In this document: one piece after another, positions 8,767 to 17,469 of the stretch
How positions within the stretch are numbered: the first letter of the stretch is position 1
How the letters are laid out: each line of letters begins with the position of its first letter
Assembly (NCBI GenBank): GCA_937870845.1
Contig: CALMZR010000386.1
Coordinates: forward strand, 59-64,058
Origin: an uncultured Chloroflexota bacterium
GTDB taxonomy: Bacteria > Chloroflexota > Chloroflexia > Thermomicrobiales > UBA6265
Reading direction: 5' to 3'
DNA length: 64,000 nucleotides
Translations under genes and position numbers: made by a program
The notes under the pieces: model-generated
Told to the model about the DNA's origin: nothing
Databases searched by the model: none
Seen by the model: the letters and a program-made list of their open reading frames with translations, nothing else

Positions 8767-9903
8767 GTGAATCTGCACGAGCATCAGGCGGCGGAGCTGT
8801 TCGCCACGCACGGCATCCGCACGAACGGCGGTGACGTGGCCTTCACGCCGGACGAGGCTGAGACGATTGCCCGCGGCGTCGGCGGCCCGGTCGTCGTCAA
8901 GGCGCAGGTCCACACTGGCGGGCGCGGCAAGGCGGGCGGCGTCAAGCTGGCCACGACGCCGCGGGATGCGCGCGAGGCGGCGAAAGCCATCCTCGGCCTC
9001 GACATCCGCGGCCACGTCGTGAGCAAGGTGCTCGTGGCCCCCGCCGCCGACATCGCCCAGGAGTTCTACCTCGGCGTCACCCTCGACCGCACCCGCCGCC
9101 AGAACGTGGTGATGGCCAGCGCCGAGGGCGGCGTCGACATCGAGGAGGTCGCCCGCGAGCGCCCGGATCGCATCGTACGCGCCCTGGTCGATCCCTTCCT
9201 CGGGCTCCACCCCTGGCAGGCGAGGCAGATCGCGTTCGCCCTGGGCATCCCCGCCGACAAGGTCGGCGGAATCGTTACGATCGCCCGACAGCTCTACGAG
9301 ACCTACGTAGCGGAAGACGCCACCCTCGCCGAGATCAATCCGTTGGTGCTGACCGGGAGCGGGGAATGGCTCGCGCTCGACGCCAAGATGAGCATCGACG
9401 ACAACGCCCTCTTCCGCCACCCGGAGTTCGAGGCACTGCGCGACTTCGACGCCGAAGATCGAACCGAGATCGACGCCCGCCAGTCCGGCATCTCCTTCGT
9501 CAAGCTCGACGGCGACATCGGCTGCATCGTCAACGGCGCGGGCCTGGCGATGGCCACGATGGACGCGGTCAAGCTGCACGGCGGCGAACCGGCCAACTTC
9601 CTCGACGTCGGCGGCGGGGCCAGCGCGGATCAGGTCGCCAAGGCGTTCGGCCTCGTCACCGCCGACCCGCACGTGCGCGCCATCCTCATCAATATCTTCG
9701 GCGGCATCACCCGCGGCGACATCGTCGCCCAGGGCATCGCCGAGGCGCGACAGCGGGTGGAAGTGACCGTTCCCATCGTCGTCCGCCTCTCCGGCACGAA
9801 CGCCGAAGAAGGACAGCGACTCCTCGCCGAAGCAGGGCTGACCGCAACCGAAAGCATGGACGAGGCGGCCGCGGCGGCCGTTCGCGCCGCGCACGCCGCG
9901 TGA
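8767..9903 (+). CDS. sucC: Succinate--CoA ligase (ADP-forming) beta subunit
   Basis: ORF 8767..9903, 378 aa: [12 protein letters not shown]...[19 protein letters not shown]...INPL...[19 protein letters not shown]...[10 protein letters not shown], the characteristic SucC ATP-grasp and CoA-ligase motifs. Confidence 0.95.
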   Translation: MNLHEHQAAELFATHGIRTNGGDVAFTPDEAETIARGVGGPVVVKAQVHTGGRGKAGGVKLATTPRDAREAAKAILGLDIRGHVVSKVLVAPAADIAQEFYLGVTLDRTRRQNVVMASAEGGVDIEEVARERPDRIVRALVDPFLGLHPWQARQIAFALGIPADKVGGIVTIARQLYETYVAEDATLAEINPLVLTGSGEWLALDAKMSIDDNALFRHPEFEALRDFDAEDRTEIDARQSGISFVKLDGDIGCIVNGAGLAMATMDAVKLHGGEPANFLDVGGGASADQVAKAFGLVTADPHVRAILINIFGGITRGDIVAQGIAEARQRVEVTVPIVVRLSGTNAEEGQRLLAEAGLTATESMDEAAAAAVRAAHAA

Positions 9904-9937
9904 CCGGCGTCTCGGCCAGCGCAGGGGGACCACGCCG

Positions 9938-10807
9938 TTGAGCATCCTCGTCGACCGCGAAAGCCGCGTCCTGGTGCAGGGCATCACCGGCCGCGAGGGC
10001 TCGTTCCACACCGAGCAGATGGCCGAGTACGGCACGAACGTCGTCTCGGGCGTCACCCCCGGCGGCAAGGGCAAGCGCGTGGCCGGGGCGCCGGTCTTCG
10101 ACACGGTCGCCGACGCCGTCGCCGAAACGGCGCCGAACGTCGCCATCATCTTCGTTCCGGCCAGGTTCGCCCCGGACGCCATCTACGAGGCGGTCGATAA
10201 CGGGCTGCCCTTTGTCGTCTGCATCACCGAGGGCATCCCCGTCGCCGACATGGTCCCGGTTTACGCCCACGTTCGCAACGCCGGCTCGCGCCTGCTCGGC
10301 CCGAATTGCCCCGGCCTGATCACCCCCGGCGAAGCCAAGGTCGGCATCATGCCCGGCTTCATCCACACCCCGGGCCCGGTCGGCGTCGTCTCCCGCTCCG
10401 GCACCCTGACCTACGAAGTCGTTGACGCCCTCTCCCGCGCCGGCATCGGCCAGAGCAGCGCCGTCGGCATCGGCGGCGACCCCGTCATCGGCACGTCGTT
10501 CATCGACGTCCTCGGTCTCTTCGAGGCCGACCCCGCCACCGAGGCGATCGTCATGATCGGCGAGATCGGCGGCGCCGACGAGGAGCAGGCCGCCCTCTTC
10601 ATCCAGGAGCACGTGACCAAGCCGGTCGTCGGCTTCATCGCCGGTCAGACCGCCCCGCCCGGCAAGCGCATGGGCCACGCCGGGGCCATCATCTCCGGCG
10701 GCTCCGGCACGGCCGCCGAAAAGATGGCCGCCCTCGACGCCGCCGGCGTCCGCGTCGTCGACCGCCCCTCTGCCGTCCCCGCCGCCATCCAGGCCGCGCT
10801 TTCGTAA
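9938..10807 (+). CDS. sucD: Succinate--CoA ligase alpha subunit
   Basis: ORF 9938..10807, 289 aa (TTG start): [14 protein letters not shown]...[11 protein letters not shown]...SRSGTLTYE...MGHAGAII (phosphohistidine loop). Confidence 0.95.
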   Translation: MSILVDRESRVLVQGITGREGSFHTEQMAEYGTNVVSGVTPGGKGKRVAGAPVFDTVADAVAETAPNVAIIFVPARFAPDAIYEAVDNGLPFVVCITEGIPVADMVPVYAHVRNAGSRLLGPNCPGLITPGEAKVGIMPGFIHTPGPVGVVSRSGTLTYEVVDALSRAGIGQSSAVGIGGDPVIGTSFIDVLGLFEADPATEAIVMIGEIGGADEEQAALFIQEHVTKPVVGFIAGQTAPPGKRMGHAGAIISGGSGTAAEKMAALDAAGVRVVDRPSAVPAAIQAALS

Positions 10808-10851
10808 CACGGAGTCCGGTTCATCGCGGCACGGGGCACGCCCACCGCGGC

Positions 10852-10909
10852 CGAAGTGTGCGCCCGCCCTACCTCCCGTAGCCTTCGCACACTTCGCACA
10901 CTTCGCATC
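10852..10909. repeat. 9-nt tandem array CTTCGCACA x3 (10883-10909) with an inverted partial copy forming a hairpin
   Basis: CGAAGTGTGCG (10852-10862) is the reverse complement of CGCACACTTCG (10886-10896). The three 9-mers are read directly. Confidence 0.75.
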
Positions 10910-10930
10910 CTTTGTCGCCCCAAACTCCTT

Positions 10931-10951
10931 CCGCCTCCCGCCTCCCGCCCC
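10931..10951. repeat. Heptad array CCGCCTC CCGCCTC CCGCCCC
   Basis: Read directly. The same unit occurs at 12554-12588 and 63815-63856. Confidence 0.75.
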
Positions 10952-11126
10952 CGTTCAGCAAACCCTCAGTTTCGGTTCAGGGGGTGTTCAGCGCCCCTCG
11001 CCATACTCGTTCTCACGATCGGCGCCGGGGGCGGTGCTGGGCGGGCCATTCCGCCCCCGGACCGGTCACTTCTCTAGTAGCCGCAGGACACGACGTGTCC
11101 GTAATGGAGAGCAAGGGAGCACAAGC

Positions 11127-12398
11127 ATGGCCGGAGAGAAGGGTAGCCGTCTGCGCAGGGCAGCCATGACCGGGGTGTTGACGCCGGGGCTGGTCCTTGG
11201 CGCGGTGAGCGCGGCCGGGGCAGGACTCCTGCCTGGGGGCATCCCTCCCGCCAACGTCGCCGCGCAGTCGGTCATCGACGGCGGGGCCTGCACGGCGTTC
11301 GGCGCCCCCGCAGCGCCGGCCGCGACCGAGATGTCCGTCGCGGACATCGCCGAGCAAGTCAACCCCGCGGTCGTCACCATCATCAATCTGCAACCTATCG
11401 GCCAGGCCGATATGCGCGGGTTCGGCGGCATCGAGCACCTCCCCAACCTGCCCGGGATGCCCGGCATCGATGGCCAGGAAGGGGCGCCCGGCATCGAGGA
11501 AGGCCCCGGCGCTGATGACATCGCGGGCTCCCAACAGAGCGACGATGCCGCCGACAGCGACGAGCTGGTTCCCGTCGGCGCCGGGTCCGGGTTCATCGTC
11601 GACGAGGAGGGCCGCGTCGTCACCAACGCCCACGTCGTGGCCGGCGCCGAGGCGCTGACCGTGGCGTTGCAGGATGGGACCGAGGTTCCGGCCGAAGTCA
11701 TCGGCAGCGAGCCGCTGATCGACGTCGCCGTTCTCAAGCTCGATCTGCCCGCGGGTCAGCCGGCGCCTGGCGTCGCCAAGTTCGGCGACTCTTCGACGCT
11801 GCGGGCCGGTGACGAAGTCATTGCCATCGGCACCGCGCTGGGCGCCTTTCCGAATACGGTGAGCCAAGGCACCGTGAACGCCACCAATCGGCCGTTTCCG
11901 AACGAGGGCGGCCTGACGACGATGATCCAGCACGACGCGGAGATTTGGCAGGGTAACTCCGGCGGCCCGCTCCTCAACCTGCAAGGCGAGGTCGTCGGCA
12001 TCAACACCGCCGGCATCGGCTCGGGGATGTTCGGCGCCGACACCGGGGCGGCGGACATGGGATTCGCCGTCGAAGGCAACACCGTCTGCGCCGCCGCCGC
12101 GGAGCTGCTGGCGAACGGCGAGATCGTCTGGCCGTACCTCGGGATCCAGGCTGAGGCCGGCTCCGAGGGCCAGACCGTGATCGAGGTCGTCGAAGACGGG
12201 CCATCCGACGCCGCCGGGCTGGAAGCCGGCGACGTGATTACCGCCCTCGACGGCGAAGACGTCGGCCGCGACACCACGCTCCTCGACCTGCTCTTCAGCC
12301 GAAAGCCGGGCGACGAGGTCACCCTGACCGTCGATCGCGACGGCGCCACCGAGACGTTCGAGGTGACGCTGGGCGAGCGTCCCGAGGTCACCCAATAG
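11127..12398 (+). CDS. htrA: HtrA/DegP-family trypsin-like serine protease with C-terminal PDZ domain
   Basis: ORF 11034..12398; start moved to ATG 11127 (AAGGGAG upstream). N-terminal anchor/signal, then TNAHVV (His), DVAVLKL (Asp), GNSGGPL (Ser), then PDZ-like LGIQAE...GLEAGDVITALDG. Confidence 0.85.
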   Translation: MAGEKGSRLRRAAMTGVLTPGLVLGAVSAAGAGLLPGGIPPANVAAQSVIDGGACTAFGAPAAPAATEMSVADIAEQVNPAVVTIINLQPIGQADMRGFGGIEHLPNLPGMPGIDGQEGAPGIEEGPGADDIAGSQQSDDAADSDELVPVGAGSGFIVDEEGRVVTNAHVVAGAEALTVALQDGTEVPAEVIGSEPLIDVAVLKLDLPAGQPAPGVAKFGDSSTLRAGDEVIAIGTALGAFPNTVSQGTVNATNRPFPNEGGLTTMIQHDAEIWQGNSGGPLLNLQGEVVGINTAGIGSGMFGADTGAADMGFAVEGNTVCAAAAELLANGEIVWPYLGIQAEAGSEGQTVIEVVEDGPSDAAGLEAGDVITALDGEDVGRDTTLLDLLFSRKPGDEVTLTVDRDGATETFEVTLGERPEVTQ

Positions 12399-12451
12399 CT
12401 GATTCCCTGGCGACCCGCTCCCCCGCCGGTCGCCAATCCACCCCTCTCCCC

Positions 12452-12495
12452 GCGACGGAGGGCGGCCCTTCGGGGTTGCCCTCCGTCGCTTTCTC
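12452..12495 (+). terminator. Intrinsic terminator after htrA
   Basis: GCGACGGAGGGC (12452-12463) / GCCCTCCGTCGC (12478-12489) form a 12-bp perfect stem, followed by TTTCTCC. Confidence 0.7.
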
Positions 12496-12553
12496 CGACT
12501 CGGACGTCGTGAGCGGCAACGCGTCGCTCCGACATCGGGCTCAACCATCGACT

Positions 12554-12588
12554 CCCGCCTCCCGCCTCCCGCCTCCCGCCTCCGTCCG
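12554..12588. repeat. Heptad array (CCCGCCT)x4 plus a degenerate unit, abutting the response-regulator ORF start
   Basis: Read directly. The complement is (AGGCGGG)x4, i.e. four G3 tracts separated by 4-nt loops. Confidence 0.8.
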
Positions 12589-13370
12589 TGGAGTACCATC
12601 GGCTGCCAGCTATGGAGCGCGTCGTGGCCGAATCGCGGGGCAGCAGCCGAAAGAACGTGCGCATCTTGCTCGTCGAGGACGAGCCGAGCATCTCGGGCTT
12701 CGTCCGCCGCGGGCTCCACTTCGAGGGGTACGAGGTCGACGTCGTCCCCGATGGCCCGGGCGCGCTGCGCAAGCTGCGCGACAGCCCGCCAGATCTTCTG
12801 GTCCTCGACGTGATGGTGCCCGGCGTCGACGGCCTCGAGATCGCCCGCCGCCTACGCGCCGCAGAGACGGCCGAGCAGACGCCTGCCATCCCCATCCTCA
12901 TGCTCACCGCCCGTGATGCCGTCGCGGATCGCGTCACCGGCCTCCGCGCCGGAGCCGACGATTACCTTGTCAAGCCGTTCGATTTCGACGAGCTGCTAGC
13001 TCGCATCGAAGCGCTGTTGCGCCGTACCGCAGCGCCCGCCGAGCCATCCGCAAACCGGGAAGTGCTGACCTACGCCGACCTGACCGTCGATCTCGGCGGC
13101 CGGATCGCCCGCCGCGGACAGCGCGAGGTGCATCTGACCGCGCGCGAGTTCGACCTGTTGATCCTGTTCCTCCGCCACGCGGAGCAGGTGCTTCCCCGCT
13201 CCACCATCATGACCCGCATCTGGGGCGACGACTTCTTCGGCGATTCCAACGTCCTGGAGGTCTTCGTCGCCAATTTGCGGCGCGCCCTGGAAGCCGGGGG
13301 GGAGCGGAGGCTGCTGCAAACCGTGCGCGGCGTCGGCTACGTCCTGCGCGATGTGGGGGGTTCGCCGTGA
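12588..13370 (+). CDS. OmpR-family response regulator (start uncertain: GTG 12588, ATG 12612 or GTG 12657)
   Basis: ORF 12588..13370. Receiver VRILLVEDEPS...DLLVLDVMVPGVDGLE...KPF, with winged-helix LTAREFDLL...TVRGVGYVL. Confidence 0.9.
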   Translation: MEYHRLPAMERVVAESRGSSRKNVRILLVEDEPSISGFVRRGLHFEGYEVDVVPDGPGALRKLRDSPPDLLVLDVMVPGVDGLEIARRLRAAETAEQTPAIPILMLTARDAVADRVTGLRAGADDYLVKPFDFDELLARIEALLRRTAAPAEPSANREVLTYADLTVDLGGRIARRGQREVHLTAREFDLLILFLRHAEQVLPRSTIMTRIWGDDFFGDSNVLEVFVANLRRALEAGGERRLLQTVRGVGYVLRDVGGSP

Positions 13371-15058
13371 AGGCCCGCCGCCGTTTTGGCTCGACCCGCG
13401 TACGCCTCACCGCTTGGTACGCCGCGCTGCTGGTGCTGGTGCTGCTGGCCGTCGGCGTTTCGGTCGATGCCCTGGCGCGCAACCGCCTCATGGCCGACGT
13501 CGACCGCCGCTTGACCAGCACCGCGCAGGACATCGGTTCCGTCATCGAGCGTGACATCGTCGACGAGATTTCGGCGTTCGAGCGGAATCGTCGGCTCTGG
13601 CCGTTTGCCGCCGAAGCGGCGCAGTTTCAGTACCGGGCGCCCAACCTGGGCTCATTCGCCGCGCGCGGGCTCGTCGTGCAAATCGTTTCCCCGCAGGGTA
13701 AGGTCGTGCAGAGCACCGGCTATGCTCCCGACGAGCCGCTGGCACCCGGTCCCACGGGCGATGCGCCGGTCGAAGAGCCTCGGATCGTCTCCACGCGCCT
13801 CTCCGACGACCAAGCCCGCGCGGTGCGCCAGCCCCTCACGATGACCGACGACGCCGGCCGCGAATGGCCAATCGGCGCCGTCGTCGTCGGCGAGCGGCTG
13901 ACGACCATGCACGAGACGATTGCCTCCCTGCGGCAGGTCCTCCTCGCGGCGTCGCTCCTGGGGCTGGTGCTGGCCCTTGCCGGCGGCTGGGTGTTGGCCG
14001 GCCGCGCCCTGCGCCCCGTCGATCGCGTCACCGCCGCCGCCGCCGCCATCGCCGCCGGCGACGGCACGGCGACCTCGCTCGGCGCCCGCCTCCCGGTGCC
14101 GCCCACCAACGACGAGCTGGCCCGTCTCTCCGAGACGTTCAACGCCATGCTCGACCGCCTGCAGGCCTCCTTCCAGGCCCAGGAGCGCTTCGTCGGCGAC
14201 GCCTCCCACGAGCTGCGCACCCCATTGACGGCCATCCGCGGCAACGTCGATGTGCTCATGCGCCAGGCGCGCCCCGGCGCCCGGCCGCTCGACGCCGACG
14301 ACCTTGCCCCCGCCCTCGACGACATCCGTCGCGAAAGCGACCGCATGCGCCGCCTGCTCGACGACCTCCTTCTGCTGGCCAGGGGCGATGTCGGCCACGA
14401 CGCCCTCGGCGCTGCGCCGGAAAAGCGCGAAGTCGTCCGCCTCGACGCCATCGCCGCCGAGGCCGTCCGTTCCGCCCAAGCCCTCGCCTCCGGTCAGATC
14501 ATCGAGCTGGAAGCGCCGCGCGCCATCGAGTTGACCGCCGACGGCGACCGCCTGCACCAACTCCTGATGATTCTGCTCGACAACGCCATCCGGCATACGC
14601 CGCCGGAGGCGCGCATCCGCGTCGCCGTCGCGGCGGCCAGGGATGGCCAGGCGCGCATCGCCGTTCGCGACGAAGGGGAAGGGATCGCGGCGGAACACCT
14701 ATCGCACGTCTTCGAGCGGTTCTATCGCGCCGATGGCGCCCGTGGCCGGTCTTCGGGAGGCACCGGGCTGGGCCTCGCCATCGCCCAGGCCATCGTGCGC
14801 GCCCACGGAGGCGACATCACCGTCGCCAGCGCCCCAGGCCAAGGCACGACATTCGTCGCAACCATTCCGGGCGCAACCGTGCTATCGCCATCGTCAGACG
14901 AGCCGGGAGTTTCGCCCGCCGACGCCCCTGCGCCCGCCTCACTGACTTCTGCCTACAGAACGAACACCCAGAGCAGACTGAGAACCGCGACCAATCCCAC
15001 GATAGCCAGCGGCAGAACCAACCCCATGACCGATGATTTATTGAACCCCAAACCATAG
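13367..15058 (+). CDS. Sensor histidine kinase (two TM segments, HAMP, HisKA, HATPase_c)
   Basis: ORF 13367..15058, 563 aa. GTGA overlap with the regulator gene. H-box SHELRTPLTAI, N-box LDNAIRHTP, DEGEGI, GGTGLGLAI. The last ~55 aa are a low-complexity tail. Confidence 0.9.
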   Translation: MKARRRFGSTRVRLTAWYAALLVLVLLAVGVSVDALARNRLMADVDRRLTSTAQDIGSVIERDIVDEISAFERNRRLWPFAAEAAQFQYRAPNLGSFAARGLVVQIVSPQGKVVQSTGYAPDEPLAPGPTGDAPVEEPRIVSTRLSDDQARAVRQPLTMTDDAGREWPIGAVVVGERLTTMHETIASLRQVLLAASLLGLVLALAGGWVLAGRALRPVDRVTAAAAAIAAGDGTATSLGARLPVPPTNDELARLSETFNAMLDRLQASFQAQERFVGDASHELRTPLTAIRGNVDVLMRQARPGARPLDADDLAPALDDIRRESDRMRRLLDDLLLLARGDVGHDALGAAPEKREVVRLDAIAAEAVRSAQALASGQIIELEAPRAIELTADGDRLHQLLMILLDNAIRHTPPEARIRVAVAAARDGQARIAVRDEGEGIAAEHLSHVFERFYRADGARGRSSGGTGLGLAIAQAIVRAHGGDITVASAPGQGTTFVATIPGATVLSPSSDEPGVSPADAPAPASLTSAYRTNTQSRLRTATNPTIASGRTNPMTDDLLNPKP

Positions 15059-15090
15059 ATCCCGGTCAGCTCCCGGATGCGGTTCATCAT
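14953..15090 (-). CDS. Possible 45-aa hydrophobic small protein downstream of lysS
   Basis: Below the ORF-track size cut-off. My translation: MMNRIRELTGIYGLGFNKSSVMGLVLPLAIVGLVAVLSLLWVFVL, stop TAG. AGGAGA lies 7 nt upstream of the ATG. One clear TM helix. It overlaps the kinase tail antisense. Confidence 0.3.
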   Translation of the reverse strand: MMNRIRELTGIYGLGFNKSSVMGLVLPLAIVGLVAVLSLLWVFVL

Positions 15091-15144
15091 CTCCGCGTCT
15101 CCTGCCTAGCCGCTCCACCCCAGTCCGCGGATGATACCCCAGCG

Positions 15145-16767
15145 TCAGCCAGCCGATTCCACCGCGCGCCCAGGGCCACGCTTTGGCAACGCCCGCATCG
15201 CCGGAAACAAGATCACGTCTCGAATATTCGGCTGGTCCGTCAACAGCATCGTCAGCCGGTCGATGCCGATGCCGATGCCGCCCGTCGGCGGCATACCGTA
15301 CATCAGCGCATTGACGTAGTCCTCGTCGATCGGCATCGCCTCTTCGTCGCCGGCCTCACGGTCCCGCTGCTGCCCCAGAAACCGGGCAAGCTGATCCATC
15401 GGATCGTTCAGCTCGGAAAAAGCATTGGCGATCTCCCCCCCGCCGATGTAGAGCTGGAATCGCTCGACGTGCGTCGGGTCGTCCGGCTTGCGCTTCGCCA
15501 GCGGGGACAACTCCACCGGGTAGTCGAGCAGGAACGTCGGCTGGATGAGGTTCGGGCGCACGAACTGCTTCAGCAGCTCGTCCACGATGCGCGGCCACAC
15601 CGTGTCGCTGGCAATGTCCGCCCCGGCCGCACGGGCGGCGGCCAGCAACTCCTCCCGACCGAGCAGCGCCACGTAATCGACGCCCGACGCCTCCTTGATG
15701 GCATCTCGCAACGTCTTTCTGGCGAACGGGGCGCTCACGTCGATCTCGTTGTCGTCCTTGGTGAACCGCGGCTCCCCGAAGACATCGGCAGCGATCTGGC
15801 GGATGAGATCCTCGGTCATCGCCATCACGTGGCGATAGTCGGCATACGCCTCGTACCACTCCAGCATCGTGAACTCGGGCTGGTGGTTGCGGTCCATCCC
15901 CTCGTTGCGAAAGTCCTTGGCGATCTCGTAGACCCGCTCGAACCCCCCGACGATGAGCCGCTTCAAGTACAGCTCGTCGGCGATGCGCAGGTAGAACGTC
16001 TGCCCCAGCGCATGATGGATCGTCGTGAACGGCCGCGCCGCCGCGCCGCCATAGAGCGGCTGCAACGTCGGCGTTTCGACCTCGATGAAACCGCGCCCAT
16101 CGAGAAAGCGCCTGATCGAGGAGACGATCTTCGACCGTTTGATGAAGACCTCACGCACCTCCTCGTTTGCGATCAAATCCGCATACCGCTGCCGGTAGCG
16201 CGTTTCCACGTCCTGCAGCCCGTGCCACTTCTCCGGGGGAGCATTGAGCGCCTTGCTGAGCATGCTGATGTCGGAAACGCGCAGCGACACCTCGCCGGCC
16301 CGCGTGCGGAACAATCGGCCGCTTGCCTGCACGAAATCTCCGAGGTCGTACAGCTTGAGGAAATCCTCGAAGGCCTCCTCGCCAACGTCGTCACGGCGGA
16401 TATACAGCTGGAGCTCGCCGAACCCGTCGCGAATGTGGGCGAAGATCGTCTTCCCCTGATGGCGGCGGCTGATGAGCCGGCCGACGAGCGTCAGCTCGGC
16501 GTTGTCCTCGCCGCCCTCGGGCAAGGTTGGTTCGACCCGCGCGTACCGATCCTTCGCCTGGGCGGTCGTGTCGGTGCGGGCCGCATGCGGCGGATACGGT
16601 TCGGTCCCGCGCTTTCGAAGCGCCTCCGCCTTCTCCTGACGAGTCCGTTGCAGCTCCGAAAGCTCTATCTCCGAGTCAACCACGCCTGCGAGGCCCAGGG
16701 TTGGCGGCATGCCCAGCGCCAGGCTCGCCGTCTCTTCGGTCGTGTCGTCCGCGTTCCCGCCGCTCAC
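15145..16767 (-). CDS. lysS: Lysine--tRNA ligase, class II
   Basis: ORF 15145..16767, 540 aa: OB-fold N-domain then FIEVETPTLQP...FRNEGMDRNHQPEFTMLEWYEAY...GGIGIGIDRLTMLL. The GTG start overlaps the greA stop (GTGA). Confidence 0.95.
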   Translation of the reverse strand: MSGGNADDTTEETASLALGMPPTLGLAGVVDSEIELSELQRTRQEKAEALRKRGTEPYPPHAARTDTTAQAKDRYARVEPTLPEGGEDNAELTLVGRLISRRHQGKTIFAHIRDGFGELQLYIRRDDVGEEAFEDFLKLYDLGDFVQASGRLFRTRAGEVSLRVSDISMLSKALNAPPEKWHGLQDVETRYRQRYADLIANEEVREVFIKRSKIVSSIRRFLDGRGFIEVETPTLQPLYGGAAARPFTTIHHALGQTFYLRIADELYLKRLIVGGFERVYEIAKDFRNEGMDRNHQPEFTMLEWYEAYADYRHVMAMTEDLIRQIAADVFGEPRFTKDDNEIDVSAPFARKTLRDAIKEASGVDYVALLGREELLAAARAAGADIASDTVWPRIVDELLKQFVRPNLIQPTFLLDYPVELSPLAKRKPDDPTHVERFQLYIGGGEIANAFSELNDPMDQLARFLGQQRDREAGDEEAMPIDEDYVNALMYGMPPTGGIGIGIDRLTMLLTDQPNIRDVILFPAMRALPKRGPGRAVESAG

Positions 16768-17228
16768 GCGACGGCCACCACCGTGTAGACCATGGAGCCG
16801 CTCGGGGTCGGCACCGTCGCAGAATCACCGGCTCGGCAACCCACCACGGCGCGCCCGACCGGCGATTGGGTCGAGATCGTGCCGTCCATCGTGTTCGCCT
16901 CTTGCGGGCTGACGAGGATCCAGGTCTCCTCTTCGCCGTCGTCACTGCGCAGCGTCACCTTCGAGCCGAGACCGACGATCTCGACGCCCTCCTCGCGCTG
17001 GATCACTTCGGCGTGGCCAAGGGTCTGCTCCAACTCGAAGATGCGCGCCTCAAGGCTCGCCCACTCGTCTTTCAGCTCCTCGTACTCGCTGTTGTCGGAG
17101 ATGTCGCCGCTCTCGGTCGCTTCCTGAATGCGGGCGTGCAGCTCCGGTCTGCGACGGGTGCGCAGCTCGTGAAGCTCGTCCGACAGCCGGGCTTTGCCGG
17201 CCTCGGTCAGCCAGACCGTCTCTGCCAT
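16764..17228 (-). CDS. greA: Transcription elongation factor GreA
   Basis: ORF 16764..17228, 154 aa: coiled-coil N-domain with DISDNSEYEELKDE and a C-terminal FKBP-like domain SPVGRAVVG. Confidence 0.95.
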   Translation of the reverse strand: MAETVWLTEAGKARLSDELHELRTRRRPELHARIQEATESGDISDNSEYEELKDEWASLEARIFELEQTLGHAEVIQREEGVEIVGLGSKVTLRSDDGEEETWILVSPQEANTMDGTISTQSPVGRAVVGCRAGDSATVPTPSGSMVYTVVAVA

Positions 17229-17452
17229 GGTCGCTATCCTTTCCGAACCGCCGCGGCCGAAGCCGATGAACCTCCCCGCCGATGGGACGGTCTACCGTTG
17301 ACGGAGATGCTCCGTCTCGCCGCCGCGCGTGCCCCGGCTGGTTGCCCATATGGGAATGAGCCAGAGGGCGTGCCCCCGGCTCATGGCTGAGAACGCCAGT
17401 ATAGCCAACTGCGCCCCAAAACGTGCGCCATCGCGGTGAAAAACCGCCCAGC

Positions 17453-17463
17453 GTGCTAGACTT
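17453..17463 (+). promoter_or_regulatory. Extended -10-like box GTGCTAGACTT upstream of the DUF512 gene
   Basis: TGC-TAGACT at 17454-17462. An identical 11-mer occurs at 53944-53954. The ORF start (TTG 17470 / ATG 17473) lies 8-11 nt after the hexamer, so the transcript may be leaderless. Confidence 0.4.
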
Positions 17464-17469
17464 ATCGCC

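Noticed and set aside
8629-10810. Long ORFs antisense to sucC and sucD (8629..10182, 9707..10810 and others)
   Set aside because: sucCD are unambiguous on the plus strand. The antisense ORFs are low-complexity Gly/Asp/Ala/Arg strings typical of GC-rich shadow frames.
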